64,000 nucleotides of DNA from Eledone cirrhosa (GCA_964016885.1 OZ024751.1:24180001-24244000), one strand, 5' to 3'; counted from the stretch's first letter, positions 27,047-44,899 are shown. The notes: generated by a model from the letters alone, not told the origin. Numbers and translations: made by a program.

Positions 27047-29098
27047 CACACACACACATTCATACACAGAAAGAAGCACGAACATAGGCAGAATAGAGGA
27101 AGTGGATAATTCTTGAATTCTTAACAAATAGCTAACCATTGGTAGGGTTTATTTCACAAACTAGACATATATGAAGATCATGTTGTGGGGGTTTACATTC
27201 TGAGAACAAGATGGCATATACCACGTGACTCGTATAGTTTCCCAGGAGCAACGGCAATTCTAATGGTGGAACATTTTAATTGAATTTTTATGAATTAGCT
27301 ATGAAATGTCTCTCAAATCTCACGAGACTGTCCGAGAATAACGTTACTTTGGCTAGCGTAGCACTAGTTACACAACTAACGTGATAGTCACGACTGGATT
27401 GTTATTGATCATTTGTGTGATGAATCAGTGGTTACATTTAACAGTAGAAAATACTGGTTAACAATCTTTCAGGTAGTTAAGTGTATGTAGTATATAACAA
27501 CAAGCGGTGAATTGGTTGAGTTATTAGAACGTTGGTTAGAATGCTTTACAGTAACCGTTTCGGTTCTCCACTCTCTGACTTCAAATCCCGCCGAGGTCAA
27601 CTTTGCCTCGATGAAAAAGAAAGTAGCAGTCTAGTACTAGCCAGGTTAGTACTAGCTCCTCTATATCTCTTTCTCATTCCATTTCTCTCACTTGCTATCC
27701 TTTGGAAGAAATCTGCTGTACTCGGGCCTAGAGAGGGTTGGGCTCTACCAGGTTTTAAAATGCCCTAAGAAACGCCGTATGTCAATACGGCACGCCAATG
27801 ACTCCCTCGAGAGTTACGGGTCCATACCATACTATATAACAATATCATATGTAAAATGAAATATCACAAAGGTTCGGCCACCTATATATTCTTATCTGTA
27901 CAAACCATCCCTTCATGTACACGATTTTCGAACACACACAAGACCACAACCAAAGATTCGTACCCAGATCACAACATAATTATATTCCACTTCTATCTAT
28001 CATCTGACATCGTCTCAACTTATCGAACCATCTGGGAATACGGCTTCAAACCAGCACCTGCTGTCCTTAAAAAAACAAGGTTTGACTAAATCTGATAACC
28101 TATTTCTACATATAACTTCCTTATTGCTTATTTCTTCCAGGGTTAATCATATGTGGTGGTTTATCTGTTTATCTTATCCTCTACATAATATTCTTAAAAT
28201 GATATATTTAGCTGCAAAACACATTTTACGTATTCGTCGCTGTTTATCTAATCAGGATTATGTGGGAATTTGAGGAATGTCAACTGATTAGGAAGACGAG
28301 GATATTATATATATATCTATATATAATAACCCTCATCCCACACAGGTCATACAACTGTGATAAATTTCAGTTTCTTTCCCATTTAATGGGTTTTAGTGTT
28401 TCTCAAGCAATTGACTACTTTGAAAGTTAGTTTCATCAGAAATTACTCTAGGTTTGTTTTGTTTCTTACTGTTCCTCTTAAGTTGAATAGGTGAAACCTA
28501 TTTGAAAGACATCCTGCGTGCTTCTCATATTTAAACTTATGATCCTAGATACACCAAGACACCAGCGATGTTGAGTTACTGAGGTCTTTAACTAGTGTAG
28601 TAAAACTAGTGTATGAGGTCGTCACGTATATTTCTCCAGTGCAATGAATTTATAGCATTGTGAATTGATATTTATAGCATATTTATTTAGTACAAATAGA
28701 CGTTTAAATAAAACTGGAGTAGAAGTGTGGCTTAGTAGTTAAAGAATTTATTTGGCAATCTTGAAGTTGTGAGTTTGATTCGTGGATCAAGAAATGCGTT
28801 TTGACCTTTATTTCACATTGTTCTTTCTGCTAGGAGTTGCGACCGTTAACTAGCATCAGCAATGGAAAGATCAATGGGAAGTTTGTTTCGTTGGTCCGAT
28901 TTAGCGAGTTCAACCTCACACGGTATACGAATGAGGTCTGGGATCATGTCGATTGTTTCCTAGGAATGTAGTTTTATGTTATATATTAGAATCCGTTGAT
29001 GAATGCAGCCTCAATGAATGTATGTAGTAAACCCAGCGTATATAGTCACCAAGTACATTTATTTATGCAATAATATGCATTTTCCTCAAATATTATGT

Positions 29099-29287
29099 GG
29101 GTGGATTGGCAGTATCGGTAGAGGGTCGGACGCCATGCTTTGATGCATAGAGTTACGGCCCTTGCTATTCTGAGTTCAAATCCCGCTGAGGTTAACTTTG
29201 CCTTTCATCCTTACGGGGTCGATAAAATAAAGTACCAGTAATGTACTGGGTAATTTCTGGCCTTGTGCCAATAGTAGAAACAATTAT
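29099..29287 (+). mobile_element. tRNA-derived SINE, family 1
   Basis: Full match to family consensus. Confidence 0.9.
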
Positions 29288-29487
29288 GTGTTGATTTTAT
29301 TTTATCGACTCTGAGAATGGCAAGTTCAAGCATCCTCGTTGAATTTGAGCTTACGATAGACAGATTTGAAACTAGACTCATAGTAACATATAATCTAAAT
29401 AGTTTATCAGGTATGATGCTATTTCTCACAACCCTTACTCCCCATCACCCTTTTCAACAATCTATCACTATATACGTGGGTGTGTGC

Positions 29488-29519
<32 letters not shown>

Positions 29520-29526
29520 GTATGTA

Positions 29527-29740
29527 TAAGGTAAACAGAAATAACAACGCAATCGGTACAGTATATGGAAAGTATATATTAGGTTAACGCTTGATATAGC
29601 AGGAAGAGGGTGTTAACGTTTCGGACGCTAGTCCTTCATCAGAAGAAAGAATGAGAAATAAAATAGATTGAGGGGACGGGCGGGATGGAATTGGAAAAAT
29701 GTCTTTAGATAAAAATAACAGGTCCATTCATGTTGACATC
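29527..29740 (-). mobile_element. PLE-like short element family F with hammerhead (29611-29646); other copies 44585-44785 (+), 37443-37528 (+, partial)
   Basis: TCTT-CTGATGA-aGGAC-tagc-GTCC-GAAA-CG-T-T-AA(G/C)A; flanked by microsatellites. Confidence 0.7.
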
Positions 29741-29742
29741 TC

Positions 29743-29791
<49 letters not shown>

Positions 29792-29991
29792 TTAATATAG
29801 ATGAGATTCTACAGGACTAGAACTGTTTCATTCATTAGAAATCATCAGGAATCCTGACATATATTCCTGATGATTTCTAATGAATGAAAGTTCTAGTCCT
29901 GTAGAATCTCATCTATATTAAAACTTTTATACTCTGCTATGTATTGAGTACCTTACTTACTGTGGTTACCTCCGATTCAACCCGGAATAAC

Positions 29992-30035
<44 letters not shown>

Positions 30036-30210
30036 GTGTGTGTGTAGATAGATAAATATATGTTCTGTCTGTGCCTGTCCATATATACCCATCTCCGTCA
30101 CACTCTGTATACATCTATACATAACACACACGTACATATATACGTACATACAAACATATATATATATATATGTGTGTGTATGTGTGTGTATGTACACAAT
30201 GCACACGCGC

Positions 30211-30338
30211 ATCATCACCATCATCACCACCATCATCATGAACATAATCCCATCGTCATCATCATCATCATCATCATCACCGTCATCATCATCATCATCA
30301 GAATCATCACCATCATCATCATACACATAATCCCATCG

Positions 30339-30382
<44 letters not shown>

Positions 30383-30480
30383 GTCATCGCCATCATCATC
30401 ATCACCATCATCATCATCATCTCAATCATCACCCTCATCATCATGAATATAATCCCATCATCATCATCGCCGTCATCTAC
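30211..30480. repeat. (CAT)n compound microsatellite
   Basis: Direct reading; includes a repeated spacer acataatcccatcgtc. Confidence 0.9.
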
Positions 30481-32209
30481 GTCTTCTTCATTGCCACCAT
30501 TTCATCTTTATTATGTTTTTTTTATTTTTTGTTATTATAATAATTTGTTTTTGTATTATTGTTTCTTCGTCAGATATTGAATGGTGTCTTTGTAATTGTA
30601 AAGTGATATTTAGTTACATCATGTAATCCGGATTAACTTTACTTCTAATCCGTTTGGGATCGATAAAACATGCACCTCTGATATATTGGTATCGATTTCA
30701 ATCTACTATCTTTTTTTTTAATTCATTTTTAAGCCTGGAAAGGAATACAGTAGGCATGGCCTTCGATTAGCCTACCAGATTGCTAAGATCGATAGATAGT
30801 TTGATAGTTTGATAGTTTGATATTTAATTTTAACATGGGTAGAGTTTAAACAAAACATCTGCGGTGGAAAGTGTAGGAGATGGGAAGAATATTCCAGGTC
30901 AATGACCCTCCTAGGAATTGAGAAATGTGAAGATATTGTAGAGACTGGACATTACTTGGAGAGAGAGAGGGAGATAGAGAGGGGGAGGGAGAGAGAGATG
31001 TGGAGGGAGAGAGAGATGTGGAGGGAGAGAGAGAGTGTGGGGGGGGATAGAGTGGAGGAGTGAGAGAGATTGAGAGGGAGAGAGAGTGGGAGAGAGAGCT
31101 TGGCTTGGGGCGAGCGAGAGAGAGAGAGAGAAAGAAAGAGAGAGTGAAGGGGTTGAAGGAGTGACAGAAATTCTCTAAGAGCGGGAGAGGGAGTTGGGGA
31201 GAAACAGAAGAAAACAGACAGAGTGGGGAAACGGAGTGAGAGACATAGTTTATTCTGATCCCGTTGCTGTTAAGAGACGAGGATTACAAGACTCTCCCTT
31301 AAAAATTATAATTCCTCTTAGCCGAGGAATTTGAGGGGTACAGAGTTCGGTTCTTAGTAGTGACGGCTGACCACATTTTTCCATCTATATGAATATTTTA
31401 TCCCATTTTCTAAGCTATTATTTATAGCAATAAAAAAAAACAGCGAGTTGGAAGAGTCGTTAAAAAATTGGATCGAATGCTTTGTGTTATTCGTTTCCGA
31501 AGAGTCATTAAAAAAATGGATTGAAAGCTTTGTATTATTCGTTTCGGCTCTTTCCTCTCTGGATTCAAATCCAGGTGAGATCATATTTGCATTTCATACA
31601 TTCAAAACCAATTTTTTAAAAAGTACCAGTCTAGTACTGTGATCGTTTTTTCATCTATGTCTCTTTCTTACTTTCTTTCTCTCACCTTCTATCCTTCTCT
31701 ACAAGAATTCTTCTGTATTCAGACCTGGAGAAGATATGGACGCGGCCAGGCTATAAAATTCCCTAGAAATGCCATAAGTCAATGCGGCGTACCTACAACT
31801 CTTCCAGAATTCATGGGACCAAATATACATTTATAGAAATCGATTGTATTGACAATTATTTTCTACGTTTCAGATTTTCTACATTTCCTAAGAATTTTAA
31901 GCCACTGAACGCTTGGAAATAATCTTAGAGAAGTATTTTGCAACAAAAATTCTTAACAAATACTCACAAAAATAAAGAATTATTTGAGACAGCGACATAA
32001 GTCTATAGAGTAAAAACATTAACGTAAATAGCTAATCTCTGCTACATGATATACAGGAAATAGGCGTGATCTTATCTGATAAGTAAAGTATATTCTACTT
32101 TAGAAGGTTCGGTTTAGAAAACAATAAACCTCATATATATAAGTGGCAACACACTCGCGGGTGCACCACACACACATACGCACGTACACAAACCCACACG
32201 CGCGTATGT

Positions 32210-32253
<44 letters not shown>

Positions 32254-32408
32254 TAGATATATATACATGTACATTTATAAATATAATATATAATATATAT
32301 ATGCATACATATATATACATTTTTTGTTTGTGTGTGTGTTTTATACACACGCACACACACACATATATATATATATACATATATACATATATATATACAT
32401 ATACCTAT

Positions 32409-33504
<1,096 letters not shown>

Positions 33505-33537
33505 AAATAAAGTTAATAAAATTTAGCTTCGTTTATT

Positions 33538-33592
33538 ACTGCTATATATATTTCAGTGACAGCCATCTTTGGCTGTGACCTCTTCAGGCAGT
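33538..33592 (-). ncRNA. Minimal type-I hammerhead ribozyme (family G)
   Basis: Reverse complement reads ACTGC-CTGAAGA-GGTcACAGCCA-aaga-TGGCTGTcACT-GAAA-TATATA-T-A-GCAGT. Stem I 5 bp, stem II 10 bp, palindromic stem III. Confidence 0.85.
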
Positions 33593-34355
33593 CCGAATTA
33601 GTGTGGTATAGACAAGTACATATGTTGTTGAGGTGAATAATATTGTCAATACTCTGATATGCCCAGTTCCTTGTTGGGTTGTTATTGCACTGAGGAACTG
33701 GAATTATATATATATATAATCTTCCTGTGCGACTTTCAATTCCTCGTAAGAAGTGTTTTAAGCCATCTCGGTTAAGTCTGTTGATATAATGGGAAAGTAA
33801 AAAGGAAAAATTAATTTTCTATATATCTATCTATCCAGACGAAATTGTGATTATCACGAATATTTAACATATTTTAAACTGAATGTGTCTGGAGATTTAG
33901 AAACGTCACAGTAAATACCAAACATTGCTTCTTTTTTTTTTATTGATTATGAATGCCAAAGCTAATACAATACAAGTAGCCAACCAGATACAGCAAAGCA
34001 TACTGTCCGATTGTTTGATAATTCTCTGCCATTGAAGTTATCAGCGGTTTATAAGATTAACCATAGAAACATCCATAAAAACATGTAGATTGAACTACAC
34101 AATCATTTCTTAGTTTTTTTCTTCCTTTTTCGTCTTTTTTTATCGTTTTTATTTTAGTATTCACAAATAATATTTATTATCAAATCATATTTTCATTCGC
34201 TTCTTCAATGTACTTGAGCTTACATTCAGTGTTGTTAAATTTAGCCTCTTTATCTTTCATTGACAGTAGCAATACAATTTATGTTAGTTTTTCGAGCTGT
34301 CATTCAAAGTAAATATTTCCATCTATTACAAATATATGGCTACGTGACATATATT

Positions 34356-36033
<1,678 letters not shown>

Positions 36034-36090
36034 ATGTGTGTATGTGTGTGTGTGTTTGTGTGTGTTTGTGTGTGTGTGTCTGTGAGTGTG

Positions 36091-36158
<68 letters not shown>

Positions 36159-36469
36159 TATGTATATTTATATATTTATATATTTTATTTATAATATTGT
36201 ATTATCCTATTTTTTTCAACTTTACATTTACACACGGATATCGCTGTTCGTGCTAACAAGGAAGCCAATGTTTTGAAGATATTGTTTTTCACACACATCA
36301 AAGCAAGTATCATCGTAAATATTAGTGAGATAAACGAAGTAATACGAGAGCTTTACGGTAGACAAGACACTTATCAATTATTTTTAGAAGTTTCCTAATA
36401 ACATACTGGTAGACCACATAAGCAATCACACAGACACATATATACATATATATGTATATGTATATACAT

Positions 36470-36586
<117 letters not shown>

Positions 36587-36802
36587 CGTGTGCGTATATA
36601 CATACATGTGTATATATATACATATGCATATATATATATGTATATACCTATATATACATATATATATATACGTATGTATAAATATCTCTCTCTCTATATG
36701 TATTTATATACATATATATACATATATATATATATATTTGTATACGTATATATATGTATACATATATATATATATACATATATATATATGTATATATACA
36801 TA

Positions 36803-36835
<33 letters not shown>

Positions 36836-36857
36836 GTATACATATATATATGTATAC

Positions 36858-36904
<47 letters not shown>

Positions 36905-36907
36905 TAC

Positions 36908-37010
<103 letters not shown>

Positions 37011-37100
37011 CATACATATATACATATATACAAAAACTGAAATTCAAATAATGAGAGAGATAATGAGAACAAGGAATATGAAGAGATAATGGCAGAAGAC

Positions 37101-37348
37101 AAAGATGAAGAGTTTATTCATAGTATTTATGTACGTCTATTTTTGTAATGTCAATATAAAAAGAATCACTTTAGGCACAAGGCCAGCAATTAATTAGTGC
37201 ATTACTGGTACTTTATTTCATCGACCCCGTAAAATGAAGTACCAGTAATGCACTGGGTAATTGCTGGCCTTGTGCTTAAAGTGATTGTTTTTATATTGAC
37301 ATTACAAAAATAGACGTACATAAATACTATGAATATACTCTTCATCTT
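37101..37348. repeat. Fold-back palindrome centred in a SINE 3' end
   Basis: aagatgaagagtttattcatagtatttatgtacgtctatttttg...ggtactt is mirrored by aagtacc...caaaaatagacgtacataaatactatgaatatactcttcatctt, then (TA)n. Confidence 0.9.
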
Positions 37349-37434
<86 letters not shown>

Positions 37435-37525
37435 TGTGTGCATTTTCCTGCAATATAAAGTGTTGACCTAATATATATACCTTCCATATACTGTACTGAT
37501 TGTGTTGTTATTTCTGTTTACCTTT

Positions 37526-37586
<61 letters not shown>

Positions 37587-37963
37587 ATGCGTGTGTTTAT
37601 TTTCATGTTTGTGTATATATGAACTCATGATGTTTTATATGAATTCAATGAGACAAACAAAAATGCAGAACGGTTTTTTTTTTCTCTCTATTGAATAAGT
37701 GAATAAATGTATGACAGAATTATATGACAGAAAAAAAGAAAATTGACATAAATACAACAAAATTAGAAATAAAATATATTAAGAAATTATGCTTTTAAAA
37801 GTTAAAAGGAATTTTTTGTTAAATCAATATTAATAAAAAAAATATAACGATAGCGAAGCTTAGAAAGTCTTACTGATGAAATTGTATTTGTTACATGACT
37901 CGTAATTAGAATATTTCATGACAAATTTACTTTACTTTAAAGTAACTGGTGTCGAGAATAAAA

Positions 37964-38164
37964 TCTATATATAATATAAAAGGGAGATGTTTATTGGTTG
38001 GTTGGTTCGCTGGTTGAATTACACGAAAACTACATACACAAACACACATACATTACGATCTCACCTCATACTCTAAACCAAACAACATATCCAATACAGT
38101 CTTTTTTAATTTTATCAGCCTTCAATTAACTCTTCTCCCGGGCGTAGCCGGGTACCTCACCTAG
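37964..38164 (+). mobile_element. Non-autonomous Helitron (~200 bp)
   Basis: Inserted between A and T. 5' TCTATATATAATATAAAA; subterminal GC hairpin cccgggcgtagccggg; 3' CTAG. Confidence 0.75.
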
Positions 38165-38222
38165 TTAAATATATAAAAACAGAACAATGCGGTTAGGAAG
38201 TTACACTTCGGAAACACTAATA

Positions 38223-38553
38223 ATAATTGTTTCTACTTTTGGCACAAGACCAGCAATTATTCCAGTGCATTACTGGTACTTTATTTTATCGACCCCGTAA
38301 GGATGAAAGGCAAAGTTAACCTCGGCGGGATTTGAACTCGGAATGGCAAGGGCCGTAACTCTAGGCTGGAAAGCATGGCGTCCGACTCTCTACCTATACT
38401 GCCAATCCACATAATAATGGTTTCTTATTTAGGCACAAGGCCAACAATTTTGGGGGAAGGGGAAAGTCAATTAAATCGACCCCAGTACATTACTGGTACT
38501 TTATTTATCGACCCGGTAAGGATGAAAGATAAAGCTAACCTCGACAGGATTTG
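38223..38553 (-). mobile_element. Two adjacent family-1 SINEs (38223-38411 and partial 38413-38553)
   Basis: Reverse-complement consensus match. Confidence 0.9.
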
Positions 38554-38829
38554 ATAACGTGGAAAAAGAAAATTAGAAACGGAGTTATAGCTGTAGCGTT
38601 TGTTATTTACGACTGACGATACCTACTACGGTGTTCTTGTTGTTGTAGTTGAGGATGATGATGATGATGATGATGACGGCGACGATGATAATGAAGATGA
38701 TGACGATGATGATGATGACGGTGACAAGATGGCTATATATATATTTTTTGGTATACCATATTTGTGATGCAATAACATAACTAATCATGACTCAGCAGTA
38801 ATAAAAATATGATTGTGATCAGTGTGATA

Positions 38830-38874
<45 letters not shown>

Positions 38875-39346
38875 ATGGTGATGATGATGATGGTGGTGAT
38901 GATGATGATGGCGTTGATGAAGGTGTTATTGCTTTCGTGTGTTTGCTGTGATGGCGTTTCTCTCTCAAAGCACTTTACTAAATGAGAGCATCATTCATTA
39001 ATTTATTTGTCCGTTTTAATTAATCGCTGAAGAAGCCTGTTGTGATAAGTTTTTATTACTCCATAAGAATCTTGCTTGGATGAATGAATTATTAAACATG
39101 AAATATCAAAATTAAAACCGATAATAGCCAGTTAAGTAATCCTGAATTGCTTTTACCCGTACTACATTGTTACGATAATGGGCACTTAACTATTTCTAAA
39201 CTGCGTGTTAAGGAATCATTATTGCTGTGTTAGTTAGTTAAAGTATTCACCGAGCTTCCTTGGAATTGGGTTTATTTCTGAATAGATTGATTCGTGGAAA
39301 AGATTTTCAGAGTTAATAATTTCACTGGTATCTCCCATTGAATTGT

Positions 39347-39472
39347 TTCTTCTTCTTCTTCTTCTTCTTCTTCTTCTTCTTCTTCTTCTTCTTCTTCTTC
39401 TTCTTCTTCTTCTTCTTTTTCTTCTTCTTCTTCTTCTTCTTCTTCTTTTTTCTCTTCTTTTTTTTTCTTCTT

Positions 39473-39502
<30 letters not shown>
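39347..39502. repeat. (TTC)n microsatellite
   Basis: Direct reading. Confidence 0.95.
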
Positions 39503-39503
<1 letters not shown>

Positions 39504-40192
39504 TACGCCCACTTTATTCCTGAGTGGTGTGTTGTGGGGGGAGCCGACTCCACAAACATTCCGTCCAGCGAGCACCTGTCAGAAGCAACTATAATATAAA
39601 GATTTCTATATTTAAATATATTTCTTTATTGTTCTGACGAGCCATGAACAACGAGAACCGATAGAAAGATAACGAAATAAAAATAAAAATTGTGTTAGTC
39701 ACGATTCGTTACCTTCAAAATTCCCATCCTATCGAGGTTGAATTAAATTGTGTCCCCTCTGGTTTAATGGAAATGCTCTGATGAGTATTATAATTGACTA
39801 TAACATTTATCCTAAAAGGACATGGCTTTCTATCCATGTTAGAAACCAGTGTTTATTTATTTGTAACAGCACAGGATGAGGAGAAGAGGAGAATTTGGAA
39901 GATGATGAATAATGGGCTTTACCACAGAAGTATTCTGTCCCTTAATGAGGCTTACCAAAAACAGCACACACCTTGGCTTATGTTATTCTGAGTCTCGTCG
40001 TTACTTCGAAAACGACAGTTATTCTTAATGTTTGGCAAACATAAACTGTGTTATGTTGAGAGACTTGGCTTTACATCGATTTGCCAAAAATATTAAACCA
40101 TAAAAACCACTAAACCATCAACGAAAAGAGAATGAAATCACATTTCAATAAATGCTAAAATATACAGCACAGATTAATGTAGTGCATTATAA

Positions 40193-40935
40193 TAGCAGTA
40201 TCGGTAGAGCGTCAGACAACATGCTTTGCAGAAAAGAGTTATGGCCCTTTATTTTCTCAGGTCAACTCCCACCGAGGTTAACTTTGCCTTTCATCCCTAC
40301 GGGGGTTGATAAAATAAAGCACCAGTAATGCAGTGGGGTAATTGCTGGCCTTGTGCCAAAAGTATAAACAATTATACATTTATACGAAGGATGGGGGCAG
40401 AAAAATTCCTGGTTTTGACACTATCGTGAAAGGATAGATGTGTTACCTTTATGGGGGAGGTAGGGCCGCTGAAATAACTGTGGGAATCTAAAAGAGGAAT
40501 ATGTTCAATAAAATCATAATTATCTGATCTTACTGTATTTTTTTTTTTACCCAAAGTCAAGACCTGCAATACGTGTATGAATATTTTTATTTATTTATCT
40601 ATTTATTTATTTATTTTATTTATTTATTAATCTTTTTTCCCCCTGTGCTCTCTGTCTAAAGGACAGTCGTTTCTATTTATAATATAAAATAAGGTAGAAC
40701 AAACCCCGGCTCGATAACAACTGAATAATAGAATGAACTCTATAGATAATTGTTTATACTTTTGGTACAAGGCCAGCAATTACCCAGTGCATTACTGGTA
40801 CTTTATTTTATCGATCCCGTAAGGATGAAAGGCAAAGTTAACCTCGGCGGGATTTGAACTCAGAATGGCAAGGGCTGTAACTATGCGTCGAAGCATGGCG
40901 TCTGACCCTCTACCGATACTGCCAATCCATCACCT
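40193..40935. mobile_element. Two family-1 SINEs in opposite orientation (40193-40374 +, 40747-40935 -)
   Basis: Consensus match. Confidence 0.85.
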
Positions 40936-41225
40936 TTGAATTCTATAGACAATGAACACAACCACAAGGATATGGTCCGAACGTGGAAGAGCCGAACTCC
41001 TACTGTCATCGCCTCCATCTCTCTCGCCCTCCCCATCTATCTGTATGGTGAGCAAATGGGGTCCCACATGCTGGCAGGGGGAATATGTTGAATAAAATCG
41101 TAATTAACTGATCCTCTTGTTTTTTTCTTTTACCCAAAGCCAGGAATGTTTCAGCACACTCTCGTATAATCATTTAAAAACAAAATATTAATGTAAGAGA
41201 GAGAGAGAGAGAGGGATAGAGAGAG

Positions 41226-41336
<111 letters not shown>

Positions 41337-41959
41337 CATATAAATTATTTAGTCTTCTAGGAAACCTAGAATGTGAAGAGTCTGCTAAATTTTTACATTT
41401 CCTGAAGAGCAGAAAAATTGGCAATTCCATTCACTTGATGCGAAACAGTTTTACCAAAAACTGTCTGGATATTCGATACTTATCACAATCGGTTTGTTTT
41501 TTTCTTAATTTTTCTTTTGATTGAGTCTGGCAGACGGTATTGTTTATAGTTAGTATACTATTCACCCTAGCGAATTCTGATCCCTTATAATTTCAACACA
41601 GACGTGTATATTTCTGTGTTATCTCTCTTTATTATATTGAATAATATTAATTTTTTTAAAGCATTTTTTTAGTGAAGCTAGACCTATTTTACTTTAAGCA
41701 TTTTAAACCTATTATGAATATATTTATGTATTTTAATTGCAAGACAACATAACTGCTTCCTGTTCTATTGGTATCGCGTACAATAGTCACATCCGGCAAG
41801 TAAGATTTATCGAAGACAAAGAAAAGATGTGGATTATTATCGCTATATTTTCTGTGACCGGAAACTGTTAGATAATTAGTGAACGTATGGCATTGTTTCC
41901 GGAGAAATAAATCTCCTTTTATATCTCATTTTACCAAAGTTAATTGCTTACAAGAAATG

Positions 41960-42490
41960 ATGAGGTGAGGCGGTAATGAGGTGTGGTGGTGTGGTGGTGT
42001 GGTGATGTGGTGATGTGGTGATGTGGTGGTGTAGTGGTGTGGTGTAGTGGTGATGTGGTGGTGTGGTGGTGTGGTGATGTGGTGGTGTGGTGATGTAGTG
42101 GTGTAGTAGTGATGTGGTGTAGTGGTGATGTGGTGGTGTGGAGGTGAGGTGGTATAGTCTGTGGGGTGGTGTGGAAATGTGGTACTGTAATGGTGAGGCG
42201 GTGAGATGGTGTGGTGGGTGTGGTGTGGCGGTGAGGCAGTGAGGTGGTGAGGTGGTGTGGTGGTGTGGTGGTGTGGCGGTGTGGCGGTGTGGTCGTGAGG
42301 TCATGAGGTCGTGTGGTGGTGTGGTGGTGTGGTCCTGAGGTCATGAGGTTGTGTGGTGGTGTGGTGGTGTGGTGGTGTAGTAGTGTGGTGGTGAGGTGGT
42401 GTGGTGGTGTGACGGTGTAGTAGTGAGTGGTGTGGTGGTGTAGTAGTGAGGTGGTGAGGTGGTGTGGTGGTGTGGAGGTGTGGAGGTGTG
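41960..42490. repeat. Degenerate GTG/GTGGT-rich simple repeat
   Basis: Direct reading; source of the His/Thr/Pro-rich ORFs. Confidence 0.9.
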
Positions 42491-42779
42491 GCAGGGATAT
42501 GGTCGAAGGAATATATATTCTATTGTGTTCACATCCGTTGCTACCGAACGGGAATCACAAGAACAGTCAATGTCTAGGACACACATAATATACACACACA
42601 CACACACATACACACACACACACACACACACATACACACACACACAACACACACACACACATACACATACACACACACATATGCGAACATATAGAAATCT
42701 CATGTGACCTTTTTTTTTAATCTTCCAAATTCCTCTCCCCCTCTCTCTCTCTCTCTCTTTCGCTTCTCTTTCTCTTCTT

Positions 42780-42818
<39 letters not shown>

Positions 42819-42878
42819 TTCTCTATCTCTCTCTTTCTCTCTCTCTCTTTCTCTCTCTCATTCTCTCTCTCTCTCTCT

Positions 42879-42932
<54 letters not shown>

Positions 42933-43278
42933 ACACCTTCTCTCTTACCTTTTTGTGGTGGAAAGTCCGACACGTTGAAAAATTCTTTATCCTTTCCTAT
43001 AAAGCGTGAAACTAATAAATTATCGAGTCATCGAAATATATATCGTATAATATATATACATTTATATATATACATACACACATTTATAAATATAAAATAT
43101 ATATATATATATATACATACATACATATAAATATATATATATATATACATACATATAAACTATATATATATATCGTAATATATATCGTAAATATATATAC
43201 ATTTATATATATACATACATACAAATATATATATATATTATATATATATATATATAATTATATATATATACATACATC

Positions 43279-43353
<75 letters not shown>

Positions 43354-43953
43354 GATTCAAAGATTAGCGTTGCCTTTCATCCATATGGAGGTCGATAAAA
43401 TAAAATAAGTACCAGTCATACAGTAGGGTCAATATAATCGACTTTCTTCTCCCTAAACATTATTGGTATTGAGCAGACACTTAGATTTAAAATGGCTAAC
43501 CAGCGGGATTTTGTTTGTTGTGTGCGAGAAGAATAACTGAATTTCAGAATTCTGTCATAGACAGTAAATTGAAGAACTATTTAGTTATTTTGCTCATAAC
43601 ATTTACGCTGTAAATTGGAGTGAACAATCAACTTATTCAATGTCGATTGCTTTGCTTTGAGACATGGACAGAAGTTCTCTATTTATTAGATTTCATCGGA
43701 GAAATCTCTGATGCGGAGCAAATCCACATTAGACATTGTGAGGCAGTAATAATTGTAGGCTCATGCGTGGATAATCAGGTTTTAGGTTTCCTTGTTAAGA
43801 AACAGCGTCTGAAAAGTGTTTGGACGATGATTAGAATTCATGTTGACACAAAATAAACTCTCGACATGTTCTCCGGGGGGGGGGGGGGGTACAACCATAC
43901 ATACATACATGTATTCATGCATTTATATATATATATACATACATATATATATC

Positions 43954-44147
43954 AATAATTGTTTCTACTTTTGGCACAAGGCCAGCAATTATCCAGTTCA
44001 TTACTGGTACTGTATTTTATCGACCCCGTAAGGATGAAAAACAAAGTTAACCTCGGCAGGATTTGAACTCAGATCAGAAAGGGGCGTAACTCTGTGCTGC
44101 AAAGCATGTTGTCCGACCCTCTACCGATACTGCCAGACCACCACCCT
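43954..44147 (-). mobile_element. tRNA-derived SINE, family 1
   Basis: Reverse-complement consensus match. Confidence 0.9.
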
Positions 44148-44201
44148 TATATATATCAATAATATTAATAAATGGAAACTATATTTATAAAACCATATTT
44201 A

Positions 44202-44256
44202 TTCTATTATATATTTCAAGGGTACCAAAACTTTGGTACGCTCTCATCAGATAAAA
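44202..44256 (-). ncRNA. Minimal type-I hammerhead ribozyme (family D)
   Basis: Reverse complement reads TTTTAT-CTGATGA-GAGcGTACCAA-agtt-TTGGTACcCTT-GAAA-TATA-T-A-ATAGAA. Confidence 0.8.
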
Positions 44257-44653
44257 TGCAAATTTGTTTTATAAATATTGACATATCCAGGAACGAGATC
44301 TTAACAGTTCAAGTTTGACCTGGGTAGTAAAAGGAAAAAGGGGAAGAGGGGAAAAAACAAATATTTCAAATTATTAAGATGAATATGCAAATGAGGTTGA
44401 GGTATAGGGCTGGAAAAAAAACGTTATTTTTAGAGGCTAGGTAGATTTAAATAATTATTAGGATATATATATATGTATGTATAGGAAGAAGAAAGATATA
44501 TATATATAGCATATATACATATATATATATATGCTAAAAAAATATATCATACACAAAACGTCAGCATCTACAGTTTTCCATCAGATGGTAACATGAATGG
44601 ATCTGTTATTTTACTTCCACCCGTCCCTTCAATCTATCTAATCTCTCATTCTT

Positions 44654-44698
44654 TCTTCTGATGAAGGACTAGCGTCCGAAACGTCCGAAACGTTAAGA
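44654..44698 (+). ncRNA. Hammerhead ribozyme motif (family F) with a 9-nt internal duplication
   Basis: TCTT-CTGATGA-aGGACtagcGTCC-GAAA-cgtccgaaa-CG-T-T-AAGA. Confidence 0.55.
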
Positions 44699-44779
44699 CC
44701 CTCTTCCTGCTATTTCAAGCGTTAACCTTATATATTCCTTCCATATACTTTACCGACTGTGTTGTTATTTCTGTTTAAC

Positions 44780-44898
<119 letters not shown>

Positions 44899-44899
44899 C

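Noticed and set aside
30780-30960. Possible CR1/L2 3' fragment (..WNILP..) on the minus strand
   Set aside because: Too short and degenerate to support.
39630-39670. CTGACGA...GAGAACCGATA hammerhead-like string (also 26220-26255 and 53798-53825)
   Set aside because: Core or stems are broken; not distinguishable from chance by eye.
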